Source: Candidatus Limnocylindria bacterium
GTDB taxonomy: Bacteria; Chloroflexota; Limnocylindria; P2-11E
Direction of reading: 5' to 3'
Assembly (NCBI GenBank): GCA_038324015.1
Contig: JBBQHN010000003.1
Span: 1-41,705 of the forward strand
Length of the DNA stretch: 41,705 bases
The notes under the pieces were generated by a model that was given only the letters and a program-made list of their open reading frames with translations, was not told where the DNA came from and did not search any database. Shown here one piece after another: positions 14,557 to 24,836 of this stretch (position 1 is its first letter; the number at the start of each line of letters is the position of its first letter). The position numbers and the translations under genes are program-made.

Positions 14557-16340
14557 AGTGCCTCGTCGTCATCACCGATGCCACGCGTGACAAGCCCCTT
14601 ATCGACGTCGCCGCAGCGCTCGCGGGCACGGCTGACATCGTCCTCGCGTCGATCATCGAGGTGCCGGAGGGCGAGACGCTCGCCTCCGCGCAGCCGCAGG
14701 CCCGTGCCCGACGCAAGGATCTCGTCGCGCTCGCGGCTCCGCTCACGGTCCGGCCGATCGTGACCGTCGCGCGGCGGGGCTGGGCCGCGGTCGTCGAGGC
14801 CGCCCACGACGAACACCCCGACCTTCTGCTCATCGGCTGGCGTCGGCCGGGTTGGGATTACCTCGGGACGACGATGGAGGACATCCTCCGCGACCCACCC
14901 TGCGACCTCGCGATCGTGAAGGGCCCGGCGGGACGCGGGCGGCGGATCCTCGTTCCGGTGCGCGGCGGCCGCTACGCGGAGCTCGCTGCGAAGCTCGGCG
15001 TCGGGCTCGCTCGCGCACGCAAGGGCACGGTCACGCTCCTCCATGTCGTCCCCGCCGGCGCCACGAGGCGGTCTGGCGCGACCCTCTACCAGCTGGTCGG
15101 TGAGCACGCCTTCGACGAGCGTGTCGACGAGCTCCTCACGCGCGTCGGTGACGCGACGAAAGTCATCGTCGACGAGCTCAGCCGCCACGACCTCATCGTC
15201 TTCGGCGCGAGCGGCGGAGCCGCACCGCTCGGACCGATCGGCCAGGAGATCATCGCCGAGGCACGTTCAGCGATCATCGTTCGCACCCACACGCCGGTCG
15301 CATCGAACGTGTTCCTGTCGCCCTCACCGCTTCCCACCGACCGCACGGAACGGAGCAAGGCGATCGGCGAGCTCGTCGACAAGTGGTTCGTCGAGAACAC
15401 GTTCACCAGTGCGGAATTCGCGAATCTCGCGGCCCTCGTCGCCCTGAAGGAGAAGCAGGGCCTTCGTATCTCGGTCGCGCTGCCGACGCTCAACGAAGAG
15501 GAGACCGTCGCGAAGGTCATCACCGTTGTCCGCAGCCGGCTGATGGAGCGCGTCCACCTGGTGGACGAGCTCATCGTCATCGACTCGAACTCGACGGACC
15601 GGACCCGCGAGATCGTGCGCGGGCTCGGCGTTCCGGTGTACATCCATCAGGAGCTGCTGCCGGAGGTCGGTCCCGGACGAGGCAAGGGCGAGGCGCTCTG
15701 GAAGAGCCTCTCGGTCACGACGGGCGATATCGTGGTCTGGGTGGACACGGACGTGTCCAACTTCCACCCGACATTCGTGTATGGGCTGCTCGGCCCGCTC
15801 CTGGTCCGGCCCGAGATCGCGTTCACCAAGGCCTTCTACCGGCGTCCACTCGATGTCGGCTGGCAGCTGCAGCCGACCGGCGGCGGCCGCGTCACCGAGC
15901 TCGCGGCGCGCCCGATCCTCAACATGTTCTTCCCGGAGCTCTCGGGGATGATCCAACCGCTGTCCGGCGAGCAGGCTGGTCGCCGCAGCGTCCTCGAGCG
16001 GCTCCCGTTCTTCAGCGGGTACGGGATCGAGACCGGGCTGCTCATCGACGTGCTGCGCGACTCGGGTCTCAAGTCCATCGCGCAGGTCGACATGAAGCAG
16101 CGCATCCACCGCAACCAGTCGCTGCTCGCGCTCACGAAGATGTCGTTCGAGATCCTGCAGGTGGCGATGAAGCGGCTCGGCGACGCCCGCGGCGAGAGCC
16201 TGCTCGACGCCGCGAACCTGACGATGAAGCTGATCTCGCCGACGGCCGAGGGATTCCATCTCGAGGTCCAGGACGTGAGCATCGTCGAGCGGCCACCGAT
16301 GATCTCGGTGCCGTCGTACCGGGATCGCGCCCGCCGCTAG
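14553..16340 (+). CDS. gpgS: Tandem universal-stress-protein domains fused to glucosyl-3-phosphoglycerate synthase (GT81)
   Basis: N-terminal USP-like repeats (HPDLLLIGW...LGTTMEDILRDPPCDLAIVK; RILVPVRGG...HDLIVFGAS). C-terminal LPTLNEEETV, GKGEALWKSL, VDTD, GGGRVTELAARP, QPLSGE, GYGIE, RIHRNQ. ATGA overlap at 14553. Confidence 0.85.
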   Translation: MKCLVVITDATRDKPLIDVAAALAGTADIVLASIIEVPEGETLASAQPQARARRKDLVALAAPLTVRPIVTVARRGWAAVVEAAHDEHPDLLLIGWRRPGWDYLGTTMEDILRDPPCDLAIVKGPAGRGRRILVPVRGGRYAELAAKLGVGLARARKGTVTLLHVVPAGATRRSGATLYQLVGEHAFDERVDELLTRVGDATKVIVDELSRHDLIVFGASGGAAPLGPIGQEIIAEARSAIIVRTHTPVASNVFLSPSPLPTDRTERSKAIGELVDKWFVENTFTSAEFANLAALVALKEKQGLRISVALPTLNEEETVAKVITVVRSRLMERVHLVDELIVIDSNSTDRTREIVRGLGVPVYIHQELLPEVGPGRGKGEALWKSLSVTTGDIVVWVDTDVSNFHPTFVYGLLGPLLVRPEIAFTKAFYRRPLDVGWQLQPTGGGRVTELAARPILNMFFPELSGMIQPLSGEQAGRRSVLERLPFFSGYGIETGLLIDVLRDSGLKSIAQVDMKQRIHRNQSLLALTKMSFEILQVAMKRLGDARGESLLDAANLTMKLISPTAEGFHLEVQDVSIVERPPMISVPSYRDRARR

Positions 16341-16687
16341 ACGCGCGGAAGCGGAGGCAACGGGCGGCCTGCGTATACGTGCCAGTGGAGATGGAGGACG
16401 TCCTGTCCGCCCTCCGGTCCGGTGTTCGACTGGATCCGGAAGCCGCGCTCTCCGAACCCCGCGTCCTTCGCGAGCTGCGCGGCGATCACGACAAGATGCC
16501 CCACGAGCGACTCATCGCTCGTATCGGCCAGCGAACGGATGTGCTCGCGCGGGACCACAACGACGTGGAACGGAGCCCGGGGAGCGATGTCGCTGAACGC
16601 CATGATCCGGTCGTCCTGATAACGGATGTCAGCGGGGAGCTTGCCTTGAACGATCCGGCAGAAGGTGCAGTCCAGGCTAGACGACAG
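16337..16687 (-). CDS. HIT family nucleotide hydrolase (HinT-like); start probably CTG at 16687 or 16675
   Basis: [11 protein letters not shown] histidine triad. The in-frame upstream extension gives [14 protein letters not shown] (conserved CxxC N-terminus). Confidence 0.9.
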   Translation of the reverse strand: MSSSLDCTFCRIVQGKLPADIRYQDDRIMAFSDIAPRAPFHVVVVPREHIRSLADTSDESLVGHLVVIAAQLAKDAGFGERGFRIQSNTGPEGGQDVLHLHWHVYAGRPLPPLPRV

Positions 16688-18518
16688 CGGCGACCTTCTT
16701 CATCTGGCCGAGAACGCGATCGCGGTCCTGCTTCGCGAGGACACGTTTGCGGAGACGGAACGACTTGGGGGTGACCTCGAGGAGCTCATCGTCGGCGAGG
16801 AACTCGATCGCATCATCGAGCGACAGCGTCCGGATGCCGTCGAGCTTCGCGGCGATGTCGCTGTTGCTGCTGCGCATGTTCGTGAGGTGCTTCTTCTTGC
16901 AGACGTTGATCTCGAGGTCGCGCTCGCGGATGTGCTGGCCAACGATCATGCCCTCGTAGACCTCGATACCCGGTCCGATGAAGAGCGTGCCACGGTCCTG
17001 CGAGCCGGCGAGGCCGAACGTGCTCGTCTCACCCGCCTCGAACGCGATGAGCGAGCCGAACTCGCGCGTCGCGATCGGGCCGGCGTGCGGACCGTAGCCC
17101 GCGAACAGCGTGTTCATGACGCCCTGGCCACGCGTGTTGGTGAGGAACGCCTGGCGGAACCCGAGGAGCCCGCGGGTCGGGACCTTGTACACACAGTGCA
17201 CGCTGCCGTCGTCGCGATACTTCATGTCCTGGAGGATCCCGCGGCGCTGGCCGACGAGCTCGACGACTGCGCCGAGGCCCTCCTGTGAGACCTCGACCTC
17301 GAGCTGCTCGTACGGCTCGAGGGTCTCGCCGTCCACGACCTTGCCGATGACTTCGGGCTTGGAGACCTGGAACTCGTAGCCCTCGCGACGCATGTTCTCA
17401 ACGAGGATCGCGAGGTGAAGCTCACCGCGACCGGACACGAGGAGCGTGTCCGGCGTGTCGGTGTCCTCGACCTTGAGCGCCACGTCGCGCTCGAGCTCCG
17501 CATAGAGACGCTCCCTGAGCTTTCTGCTGGTGACGAAGGTGCCCTCGCGTCCCGCGAACGGTGAGTCGTTCACCTTGAAGGACATGCGGAGCGTTGGCTC
17601 TTCCACCCGGATGGGCGGGAGCGGCCTTGGATCCGCGGCGTCCGCGATCGTCTCGCCGATGGTGGCGTCACCGACACCGGCGATCGCGACGATGTCGCCG
17701 GCCTCGACGGACTCGACCTCTTCGCGGTCGAGGCCATTGAAGGTGAACACGGCGGTGACCTTGGTCGGAGTGAGGACCTTGCCGTCGTGATCGATCCGGA
17801 CGACCGACTGGCCGCGCTTCACCCGACCGGTCTGGAGCCGCCCGAGAACGATCTTGCCCTTGTAGTCGTCGAGGGTGGTCATGGTCGCGAGCAGCTGAGT
17901 CGGACCATCGGGGTCGACGTCTGGCGGCGGGATCATGCCGATGATCGCCTCGAACAGCGGCTCGAGCGTCGTGCCGATGTGCCGGTGGTCGGTGCTCGCC
18001 GCCCCGATGAGCGCATTCGTATACACGGTCTCGAACTCGGCCTGGGCCTCGGTCGCCCCGAGGTCGAGGAAGAGATCGAACGTCTCATTGAGGACGTGGT
18101 TCGGTCGCGCATTGGGCCGGTCGACCTTGTTCACGACCAGGATCGCGCGGTGGCCACGCTGCAGTGCCTGGCGCAACACGAACTTCGTCTGCGGCATCGG
18201 CCCGTCGACCGCGTCCACGAGGAGGAGAACGCCGTCGACCATATTCATGACGCGCTCGACCTCGCCACCGAAGTCGGCGTGACCGGGCGTGTCGACGATG
18301 TTGATCTTGGTGCCGCGGTACACGATGGCCGTGTTCTTGGCCATGATGGTGATCCCGCGCTCGCGCTCGATCGCGTTGCTGTCCATGACGCGCTCGGCCA
18401 CCTGCTGGTTCTCGCGGAAGATGTGGCTCTGCTTCAGCATGGCGTCGACGAGGGTCGTTTTGCCGTGGTCGACGTGCGCGATGATCGCGACGTTGCGAAT
18501 GTCGTTACGTGCTGTCAC
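16677..18518 (-). CDS. typA: Translational GTPase TypA/BipA
   Basis: [63 protein letters not shown]. Confidence 0.97.
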   Translation of the reverse strand: MTARNDIRNVAIIAHVDHGKTTLVDAMLKQSHIFRENQQVAERVMDSNAIERERGITIMAKNTAIVYRGTKINIVDTPGHADFGGEVERVMNMVDGVLLLVDAVDGPMPQTKFVLRQALQRGHRAILVVNKVDRPNARPNHVLNETFDLFLDLGATEAQAEFETVYTNALIGAASTDHRHIGTTLEPLFEAIIGMIPPPDVDPDGPTQLLATMTTLDDYKGKIVLGRLQTGRVKRGQSVVRIDHDGKVLTPTKVTAVFTFNGLDREEVESVEAGDIVAIAGVGDATIGETIADAADPRPLPPIRVEEPTLRMSFKVNDSPFAGREGTFVTSRKLRERLYAELERDVALKVEDTDTPDTLLVSGRGELHLAILVENMRREGYEFQVSKPEVIGKVVDGETLEPYEQLEVEVSQEGLGAVVELVGQRRGILQDMKYRDDGSVHCVYKVPTRGLLGFRQAFLTNTRGQGVMNTLFAGYGPHAGPIATREFGSLIAFEAGETSTFGLAGSQDRGTLFIGPGIEVYEGMIVGQHIRERDLEINVCKKKHLTNMRSSNSDIAAKLDGIRTLSLDDAIEFLADDELLEVTPKSFRLRKRVLAKQDRDRVLGQMKKVAAVV

Positions 18519-18546
18519 GTGATAAGCCTAACGGCACATCGCGTCG

Positions 18547-20340
18547 CTACGGTCGCGTGTCGGTCTCGACCTCCCACAGGCGGCGCATCTCATCGGATGT
18601 AGCCAAGAGCACATCCAGCGAACCTTCCGCTTCGATGTGCCCGTCCTTCAACACGATGATCCGACCGGCACGACGGAGCGCGGGCCTCCGGTGGGACACC
18701 GCGAGGATGGTCGGCCGGTTCCCGATGCCGCCCGACGGATCGAGCAGTCGGTCCCAGAGCGAGCGCTCGGTGGCCACATCGAGCGCGCTCGAAAGATCGT
18801 CCACGACGAGAAGATCGGCCTGGCGGACGAAGGCGCGCGCCGCGGCGACGCGCTGCACCTGGCCACCCGAGAGCCGCACCCCGCGTGACCCGACGAGCGT
18901 GTCGAGCCCCTGGGCGAGCGCAGGAACGTCGCGCTCGAGCACCGCTGCGTCGAGCGCCGCAGGGAGCAGGGCGTCGTCCGGGAGGCCGAGGAGGATGTTC
19001 GCGCGAAGGGTGTCGCTGAAGAGCCGCGGCACCTGGGGCACGTATGCGGTCCGCGGCGGCACGAGGAACGAACCCGGATCGTGGACTGCGACACCATTCC
19101 ACCGGATCTCCCCCGCCTCCGCGCGCAGCAGGCCCAGTAGCACGCGGACCAGGGTCGTCTTGCCGGCACCGATACGTCCCGTCAGGACGGTGAACGTGCC
19201 ACGCTCGAGGCGCAACGACACATCGCGGATGCCGTACCGGTACGTGAGGCCGCTCGCCTCGAACACCTCCAGCTCACCGCCCCGTCGAGGTGTCGGCGTC
19301 GTGAGCGGCCCGTGCAGCTGGAGCGGTGTCCGCGCGATGAGCCCCTCGGCGGCGACACCGGATGCCTCGCCGCGCATGAGCGCGAGCATCCGCTTCACCG
19401 AGACGTTCAATTGCTTCCATTGCGTGAGGAAGATCCCGGCGAAGCCGGTGAACTCGGTCACGAAGCCGAGGTACGACACGAACAGCGCGAAGTCGCCGAC
19501 GGTGAAGCCGCCACTGCGCATCGATTGCGCGCCCAGCAGCAGGATGAGCCCGGTGCCGAGGTTCACGGTGTTCCAGTAGATCGACTGCGTGACGAGCTGC
19601 GCGCCACGTTCGCGCATCATCGCGTGGCGACGGGTGTCGTTGAGATGCCGGAAGTGCTCGACCACTCCTCGCTCGGCACGCGCGAGCTGCACCGCCTGGA
19701 CCGCGCCGAAGATCTCGCCGAGCGCCCCGGTCACGCGGCTCGTCGCGATCTGGCTCGCAGAGCGCGTCTGCCGGAGCCGCGTGGTCGCAGCCTGCGCGAC
19801 GAGGATGATGGCGACCAGTGGAGCGAATACGAAGATCGCGATCGTCGCGTTCACTCGGATGAGGATCGTCAGCGCCACGGCGGCGAAGATGAGATTGCCG
19901 ATCATGTCGATCGTCCAGTCGGCGCCGTTCTCGGCATACTCGACGTCGTCGCGGAAGACCGAGAGGGCTTCACCGGGTGTGCGGTCCAGCGATCGCGCAC
20001 CGGGACGTCGCAGGACCTCCATGAGCATGTTCCGCTGGAGGACACCGGTCACGCCGAACCGGAAGCGGACATCCACGAGCCAGCCGCCCAACATGAGACT
20101 CGCGTGCGCGATGCCGACACCCACGAAGAGCGCCGCGAACCAGAGGACCGCGGGCACGTCCGCGGTGCCGTGCTGCAGGCTGTCGAACGCTCGCTGCGCG
20201 ACGAGTCCGGGCAGCAGCTGCGACGCGTACATGCAGATCCAGATGACGGTGTCGGCCAGATAGATGCCTGTCCGGTACGTCACCATCCGCCAGAGGAACC
20301 GGCCGGTGCCGATGGTGTCGTCGTGCACGACGGCGCTCAC
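18547..20340 (-). CDS. ABC exporter half-transporter (TMD+NBD) with degenerate Walker B
   Basis: N-terminal transmembrane helices, [29 protein letters not shown]. Confidence 0.92.
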   Translation of the reverse strand: MSAVVHDDTIGTGRFLWRMVTYRTGIYLADTVIWICMYASQLLPGLVAQRAFDSLQHGTADVPAVLWFAALFVGVGIAHASLMLGGWLVDVRFRFGVTGVLQRNMLMEVLRRPGARSLDRTPGEALSVFRDDVEYAENGADWTIDMIGNLIFAAVALTILIRVNATIAIFVFAPLVAIILVAQAATTRLRQTRSASQIATSRVTGALGEIFGAVQAVQLARAERGVVEHFRHLNDTRRHAMMRERGAQLVTQSIYWNTVNLGTGLILLLGAQSMRSGGFTVGDFALFVSYLGFVTEFTGFAGIFLTQWKQLNVSVKRMLALMRGEASGVAAEGLIARTPLQLHGPLTTPTPRRGGELEVFEASGLTYRYGIRDVSLRLERGTFTVLTGRIGAGKTTLVRVLLGLLRAEAGEIRWNGVAVHDPGSFLVPPRTAYVPQVPRLFSDTLRANILLGLPDDALLPAALDAAVLERDVPALAQGLDTLVGSRGVRLSGGQVQRVAAARAFVRQADLLVVDDLSSALDVATERSLWDRLLDPSGGIGNRPTILAVSHRRPALRRAGRIIVLKDGHIEAEGSLDVLLATSDEMRRLWEVETDTRP

Positions 20341-22095
20341 GAGGCGAGCACCGGTTCGAGCCCGGTGCGGAGGAGTGCGGCGAATCGTGAGCCCGGGTCA
20401 GCGGCGAGGTCGGTGCGCGGGCCGTGCTCGACCATGCGACCCTCATCGAGGATGAGGATGTCGTCGCAGCGGTAGACGGTCGCGAGCCGGTGCGCGAATC
20501 ACGATCGCGGTGCGATCCGCAAGGAGCGCGTCGATCGCCTCCTCGACGTGGCGCTCGGTGACCGGATCGAGCCGGGACGACGCCTCGTCGAGCACAAGCA
20601 GGCCCGGATCGCGGACGAAGACCCTCGCGAACGCCAGGAGCTGCGCCTCACCGGCCGAGAGGCCGCCCGCCGTCATGTCGGCGCCGAGCGGATCCGTCGG
20701 GGACTGCGCCCGGAGCCACGGCCCGAGCCCGATGTGCTCGACGATCTCCGTCAGCTTCGCGTCACCGACGGTGGGATCGAAGAAGGTCAGGTTGTTGCGC
20801 ACCGACGCGCTGAAAAGCTGGACGTCCTGGCTCACCAACGTCGCGCCCGTGCGCACCGAGTCGAGGGACGCGTCACGTAGGTCGACGCCGCCGAGCCGGA
20901 CGGCACCGCTCGTCGGGTCGTAGAACCGGAGGAGCAGCCGCGCAAGCGTGGTCTTGCCGCTGCCGGTGCGACCGAGGACACCGAGCACGCGCCCCGGCGC
21001 GATACGCAGCGAGACGTCGTGCAGCACGAGCGCGTCCTCGTAGGCGAAGGAGACCGAGTCCAGCTCCACCGCGAGCGGGCCGCCCGGCAGTGCCTGCCGT
21101 CCATCGTCGAGGACCGAACGCAGCCGGAGCAGCTCATCCACCCGGCCGACGCTCGCGATCGCCCGTTGCAGGTCCTCAAGCTCACGGCGGAATGCCTCGA
21201 TCGGCCGGCGCAGCAGCTCCGTGTAATAGAACAGGAGGTAGACCGTGCCGACGGAGATGGCGCCGATCGTCCACAACCAGCCGCCGACGGCGAACGCCAC
21301 AGCGTTGCCGATCGCGAACGTCAGGATGGTGGATGCCCAGATCACGCCGACACCGAGCATCGCGCGGCGGCGCGCCGCCAGCCACGAGCGGTGGTGCAGC
21401 GCGAGCCCGTTGAGGACGTGGGTCTCGGCGCCGCTCGAGCGGATGTCCTCGGTGCCGCCGAGCCGTTCGCCGAGGAAGCCGAAGGTCTGCGCGGACGACT
21501 CGCGCACCCGGCGCCAGCCACCGACCGCGATCGTGCGCAGCGGCCCGAGGAACAACCCGACCGCACCGAACGCGAAGAGCGTGAGCGCGAGGCCTGCGCG
21601 CCAGTCCTCGAACGTGACGACGACGAGAACGCCGACGAGCAACACGAGGTTCCCGAGGACGTTCACGATGAAGCGCGAGAAGAAGCCGCCAAGCGCGGTG
21701 ACGTCGCCGTCGATGCGCTCGATGAGCTCGCCCGGCGTCCGAGCCTTGTGGAAGCCCAGATCGAGCGTCAGGCAGTGCAGCGCGAGGTCCGCTCGCAGCG
21801 CATTGGTGGCGATCCAGCCGATGCTCTCGCCGAGGTATGTCGCGAACGCGGCGAGGATCTGTTGCCCGAGCGCGAACGCGACGAACAGGATCGCGATCTT
21901 CACCAGAAGATCCAGCTCCGCGCCATGGATCGCGTTGTCGATGAACGCGCGCAGAAGCTGGGGTGCCGCAAGCTGCAGACCGATGCTCGTCAGCAGCAGG
22001 AGACCGAGGATCACGACCTTCTGCCACTGCGGCGCGACATAGTGGCGGAAGAGATCCACGTAGCGATCTCGCACCCCGCTCGGCGCGGCCATCAC
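20337..22095 (-). pseudogene. ABC exporter half-transporter (TMD+NBD) with a +1 frameshift near 20497 (true lesion or sequencing error)
   Basis: GRTGSGKT, LSAGE, LVLDEASS. After IVI the expected AHRLATVYRCDDILILDEGRMVEHG...VLAS* continues in another frame and ends at TGA 20337-20339, overlapping the next GTG. Confidence 0.85.
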
Positions 22096-22739
22096 TCGAG
22101 CTCGGCGATCGCCGCCGGCAGACTGCTGAGGTCGCGGAGCACGCGTGTCGGCGTTGTGGTGAGCGGCTCGGCGTGGCGGTCGATGAAGACCGTGCGGAAG
22201 CCGAGCGCCGCCGCAGGCGGCATGTCGTGGTACTGGCTCGCGCCGACGTGCACCGTGTCCCTGGTCGACGCGCCGGTGAGCTCGGTGAACCGCTTCCAGT
22301 GTCCGGTCGCCGGCTTGTAGCTGCCGACGTCCTCGGCGGTCACGACGAGGTCGGGCACGATGCCGAGCTTCGGGATCGACGTCGCGATCAGATCGCGGTC
22401 GACGTTGGAGAGGATCGCGACCTTTCGACCCGCGGCCTGAAGGGCGCGGAGCGCCGCGGGGACCTCCGGGAACGCCTCCCAGCGCGGCAGCGAGGCCGGG
22501 AGCGGCGACGGCCGATCGATGCCGTGCCGGTGAAGGAGCGCCTTGCCCGCGCGATCGAGGACGTCGGAGTAGCGCAGGTACGCGCCGCCCTCGACCGTCG
22601 CCTCGGTCCGGATGTACTCCTGTGCGAGCGCGTCGGGATCGACCGGTCGATCGAACAACGGAAGGAGCGCGGCAACGATGCCGCCTTCCCAGTCGATGAG
22701 CGTGCCGTAACAGTCAAAGGTGCACCAACTGATCGCCAC
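22092..22739 (-). CDS. HAD-superfamily hydrolase (haloacid dehalogenase-like)
   Basis: FDCYGTLIDW, ILSNVD, SYKP, HVGASQYHD. Confidence 0.9.
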   Translation of the reverse strand: MAISWCTFDCYGTLIDWEGGIVAALLPLFDRPVDPDALAQEYIRTEATVEGGAYLRYSDVLDRAGKALLHRHGIDRPSPLPASLPRWEAFPEVPAALRALQAAGRKVAILSNVDRDLIATSIPKLGIVPDLVVTAEDVGSYKPATGHWKRFTELTGASTRDTVHVGASQYHDMPPAAALGFRTVFIDRHAEPLTTTPTRVLRDLSSLPAAIAELE

Positions 22740-22755
22740 GCCGGAAATGTACGGG

Positions 22756-23970
22756 CTAGCTGGCGATCCGTTCCGTGATCTCGGCTACGAGACGGCGCGC
22801 GATCTCAGCTTTCGGCAGCAGCGGCAGAGCCTCCGCACCGTCGGCGCTCACGAGCGTGACCTGGTCGGTGTCGCTGCCGAACTCGGAACCCTTCGCCGTC
22901 ACGTCGTTGGCGACGACGAGGTCGAGCCCCTTCTCCCGGAGCATGCGTGACGCCTCCGCGACCGCGTCACCGGTCTCGGCCTTGAAGCCCACGACCAGCG
23001 TGTGTGGGTCGCGCTTCTCGACGATCGCCTGCAGGATGTCGGGGTTCTTCACGAGGGGGATCGAGAGGGAGTCGCCTTGGTCGCGCTTCTTGAGCTTTTG
23101 GTGGGCGGGCGTCGCGGGCCGGTAGTCCGCGACGGCCGCGGCCATGACGACGGCGTGCGCGCCGCGGAGCGTGGCCAGCACGGCATCGCGCAGCTCGGCC
23201 GCGGTCTCGATGCGCACGACCGTGACGCCGGCGGGCGGGCGCAGCGCGACCGGCCCGCTGATCAGCGTCACCTCCGCACCCGCGCGCCGTGCCGCTGCCG
23301 CGATCGCATAGCCCATCTTGCCGCTCGAGCGGTTGGAGATGACGCGCACCGGATCGATCGGCTCGAGCGTCGGGCCCGCGGTGACGACGATCCGCTTCCC
23401 CGCGAGCGCGGTCGACGCCGCCAGCGCCTCCTCGATCGCCGCGAGGATCGTCTCGATCGGCGCCAGACGTCCCTCGCCATTCACGCCGGAGGCAAGCTCG
23501 CCACTCTCGGGCTCGACGATGACCGCGCCGCGCGCACGGAGCGTCTCGACGTTGGCCTGCGTCGCGGCGTTGGACCACATGTGCGTCTCCATCGCGGGCG
23601 CGATCACGACAGGGGCGTGCGCCGCGAGCACCGTCGTCCCGATCAGGTCGTCGGCCATCCCCTGCGCGAGGCGGGCGATCGTGTTCGCGGTCGCGGGCGC
23701 GATCACCACGACGTCGGCCTGCTGCCCCATCGCGACGTGGCCGGCGGCACGATCGTCGAACGTGCCGAACATCTCGACCTCGACCGGCCGGTATGTGAGC
23801 GCCTGGAAGGTGAGCGGCTGCACGAACTGCGTGGCGCCCGGCGTCATGACCACCTGTACGGTCACGCCGGCCTGGGTCAGGCGGCGTGCGAGCTCGACGA
23901 CCTTGTACACCGCGATCGAGCCGGTCACGCCGAGGACGACGAACCTGCCGCGCAGGACGTCGGCGCTCAT
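22756..23970 (-). CDS. coaBC: Phosphopantothenoylcysteine decarboxylase/ligase
   Basis: LGVTGSIAVYK, APATAN, PAMETHM, TAGPTLEPIDPVRVISNRSSGKMG, AAVADY, GFKAET, VANDV. ATGA overlap at 23970. Confidence 0.95.
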   Translation of the reverse strand: MSADVLRGRFVVLGVTGSIAVYKVVELARRLTQAGVTVQVVMTPGATQFVQPLTFQALTYRPVEVEMFGTFDDRAAGHVAMGQQADVVVIAPATANTIARLAQGMADDLIGTTVLAAHAPVVIAPAMETHMWSNAATQANVETLRARGAVIVEPESGELASGVNGEGRLAPIETILAAIEEALAASTALAGKRIVVTAGPTLEPIDPVRVISNRSSGKMGYAIAAAARRAGAEVTLISGPVALRPPAGVTVVRIETAAELRDAVLATLRGAHAVVMAAAVADYRPATPAHQKLKKRDQGDSLSIPLVKNPDILQAIVEKRDPHTLVVGFKAETGDAVAEASRMLREKGLDLVVANDVTAKGSEFGSDTDQVTLVSADGAEALPLLPKAEIARRLVAEITERIAS

Positions 23971-24740
23971 GCCGCGTTCAGCTCCCACAGCATCCGCAAC
24001 CCCTCGAGCGTCAGGTCGTCGTCGACCTTCTCGATCATGTCGGTGAGCGGCGCGATCGTCGAGGCGAGCCCGCCGGTCGCGATGACCGCGGCCTTTGCGG
24101 GAAGCTCCGCAAGGATGCGGGTGAGCAGGCCTTCGACGAGGCCGACGTATCCGAACATCAGCCCGCTGCGGAGGCAGTCAGCGGTGTTCTTCCCGATGGC
24201 CTCCTTCGGCGGCGTCAGGCTGACCGCGAAGAGACGCGACGCGCGCGAGAACAGCGTCTCCGCGGACACCTCGAGACCGGGGGCGAACGATCCACCGAGG
24301 AAGTCCCCCTCCGCGCTCACGACGTCGAAGTTCGTCGTGGTGCCGAAGTCGACGACGACGACGGGTCCGCCGTACCGGCGATGCGCGGCCAGCGTGTTGG
24401 CGATGCGATCGGCGCCGACCTCCAAGGGGTTGTCGACACGCAGGCGCACGCCCGTCTTGATGCCCGGACCGATGACGATCGACCTCCACTTGAGGTAGCG
24501 ATCGCCGAGCCGGCTGAACGCCGTGGTCAGGGGCGGCACGACGCTGCCGAGCACGAGCGCGTCCATCGACGTCAGCGAGAGCCCTTCCTGATGTAGGAGC
24601 GCCTCGAGCGTGACCGCGAGCTCGTCCTCGGTGCGGTCGTGGTCCGTCGCGGTGCGCCACGTGGCGATGAGCTTCGTATCGCGGTACGCACCGATGACGA
24701 CATTCGTGTTGCCCGCGTCGATCGCGAGGAGCGTGCCCAT
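23967..24740 (-). CDS. coaX: Type III pantothenate kinase
   Basis: LAIDAGNTN, SVVP, VGADRI, VDFGT, ATGG, LTLEGL. Confidence 0.94.
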   Translation of the reverse strand: MGTLLAIDAGNTNVVIGAYRDTKLIATWRTATDHDRTEDELAVTLEALLHQEGLSLTSMDALVLGSVVPPLTTAFSRLGDRYLKWRSIVIGPGIKTGVRLRVDNPLEVGADRIANTLAAHRRYGGPVVVVDFGTTTNFDVVSAEGDFLGGSFAPGLEVSAETLFSRASRLFAVSLTPPKEAIGKNTADCLRSGLMFGYVGLVEGLLTRILAELPAKAAVIATGGLASTIAPLTDMIEKVDDDLTLEGLRMLWELNAA

Positions 24741-24746
24741 CGCCCG

Positions 24747-24836
24747 CTAGTCCTGTTCTATCTCGCGGCTTCGCCGCGAAGACACGCTCAAGACTGGTGG
24801 GTTTCCCTCGTCGCGGCGAAGCCGCTCCTCGCTCAT
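24747..24836 (-). CDS. Possible 29-aa small ORF (MSEERLRRDEGNPPVLSVSSRRSREIEQD) bridging coaD and coaX
   Basis: ATG overlaps the coaD TAA (TAATG); TAG ends 6 nt before the coaX ATG. No homology recognised. Confidence 0.3.
   Translation of the reverse strand: MSEERLRRDEGNPPVLSVSSRRSREIEQD
24765..24825. repeat. Perfect 15-bp inverted repeat (GCGGCTTCGCCGCGA ... TCGCGGCGAAGCCGC), REP-doublet-like
   Basis: Arms at 24765-24779 and 24811-24825 with a 31-nt spacer. Each arm is itself a GCGGC-NNN-GCCGC hairpin. Confidence 0.8.

Noticed and set aside
20490-20505. Programmed ribosomal frameshift in the ABC gene
   Set aside because: No slippery heptamer or known +1 shift site at the break; a simple 1-nt insertion explains it.
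24765-24825. Inverted repeat as an intrinsic terminator
   Set aside because: No U-tract on either strand, the loop is too long, and it lies inside an apparently continuous operon.
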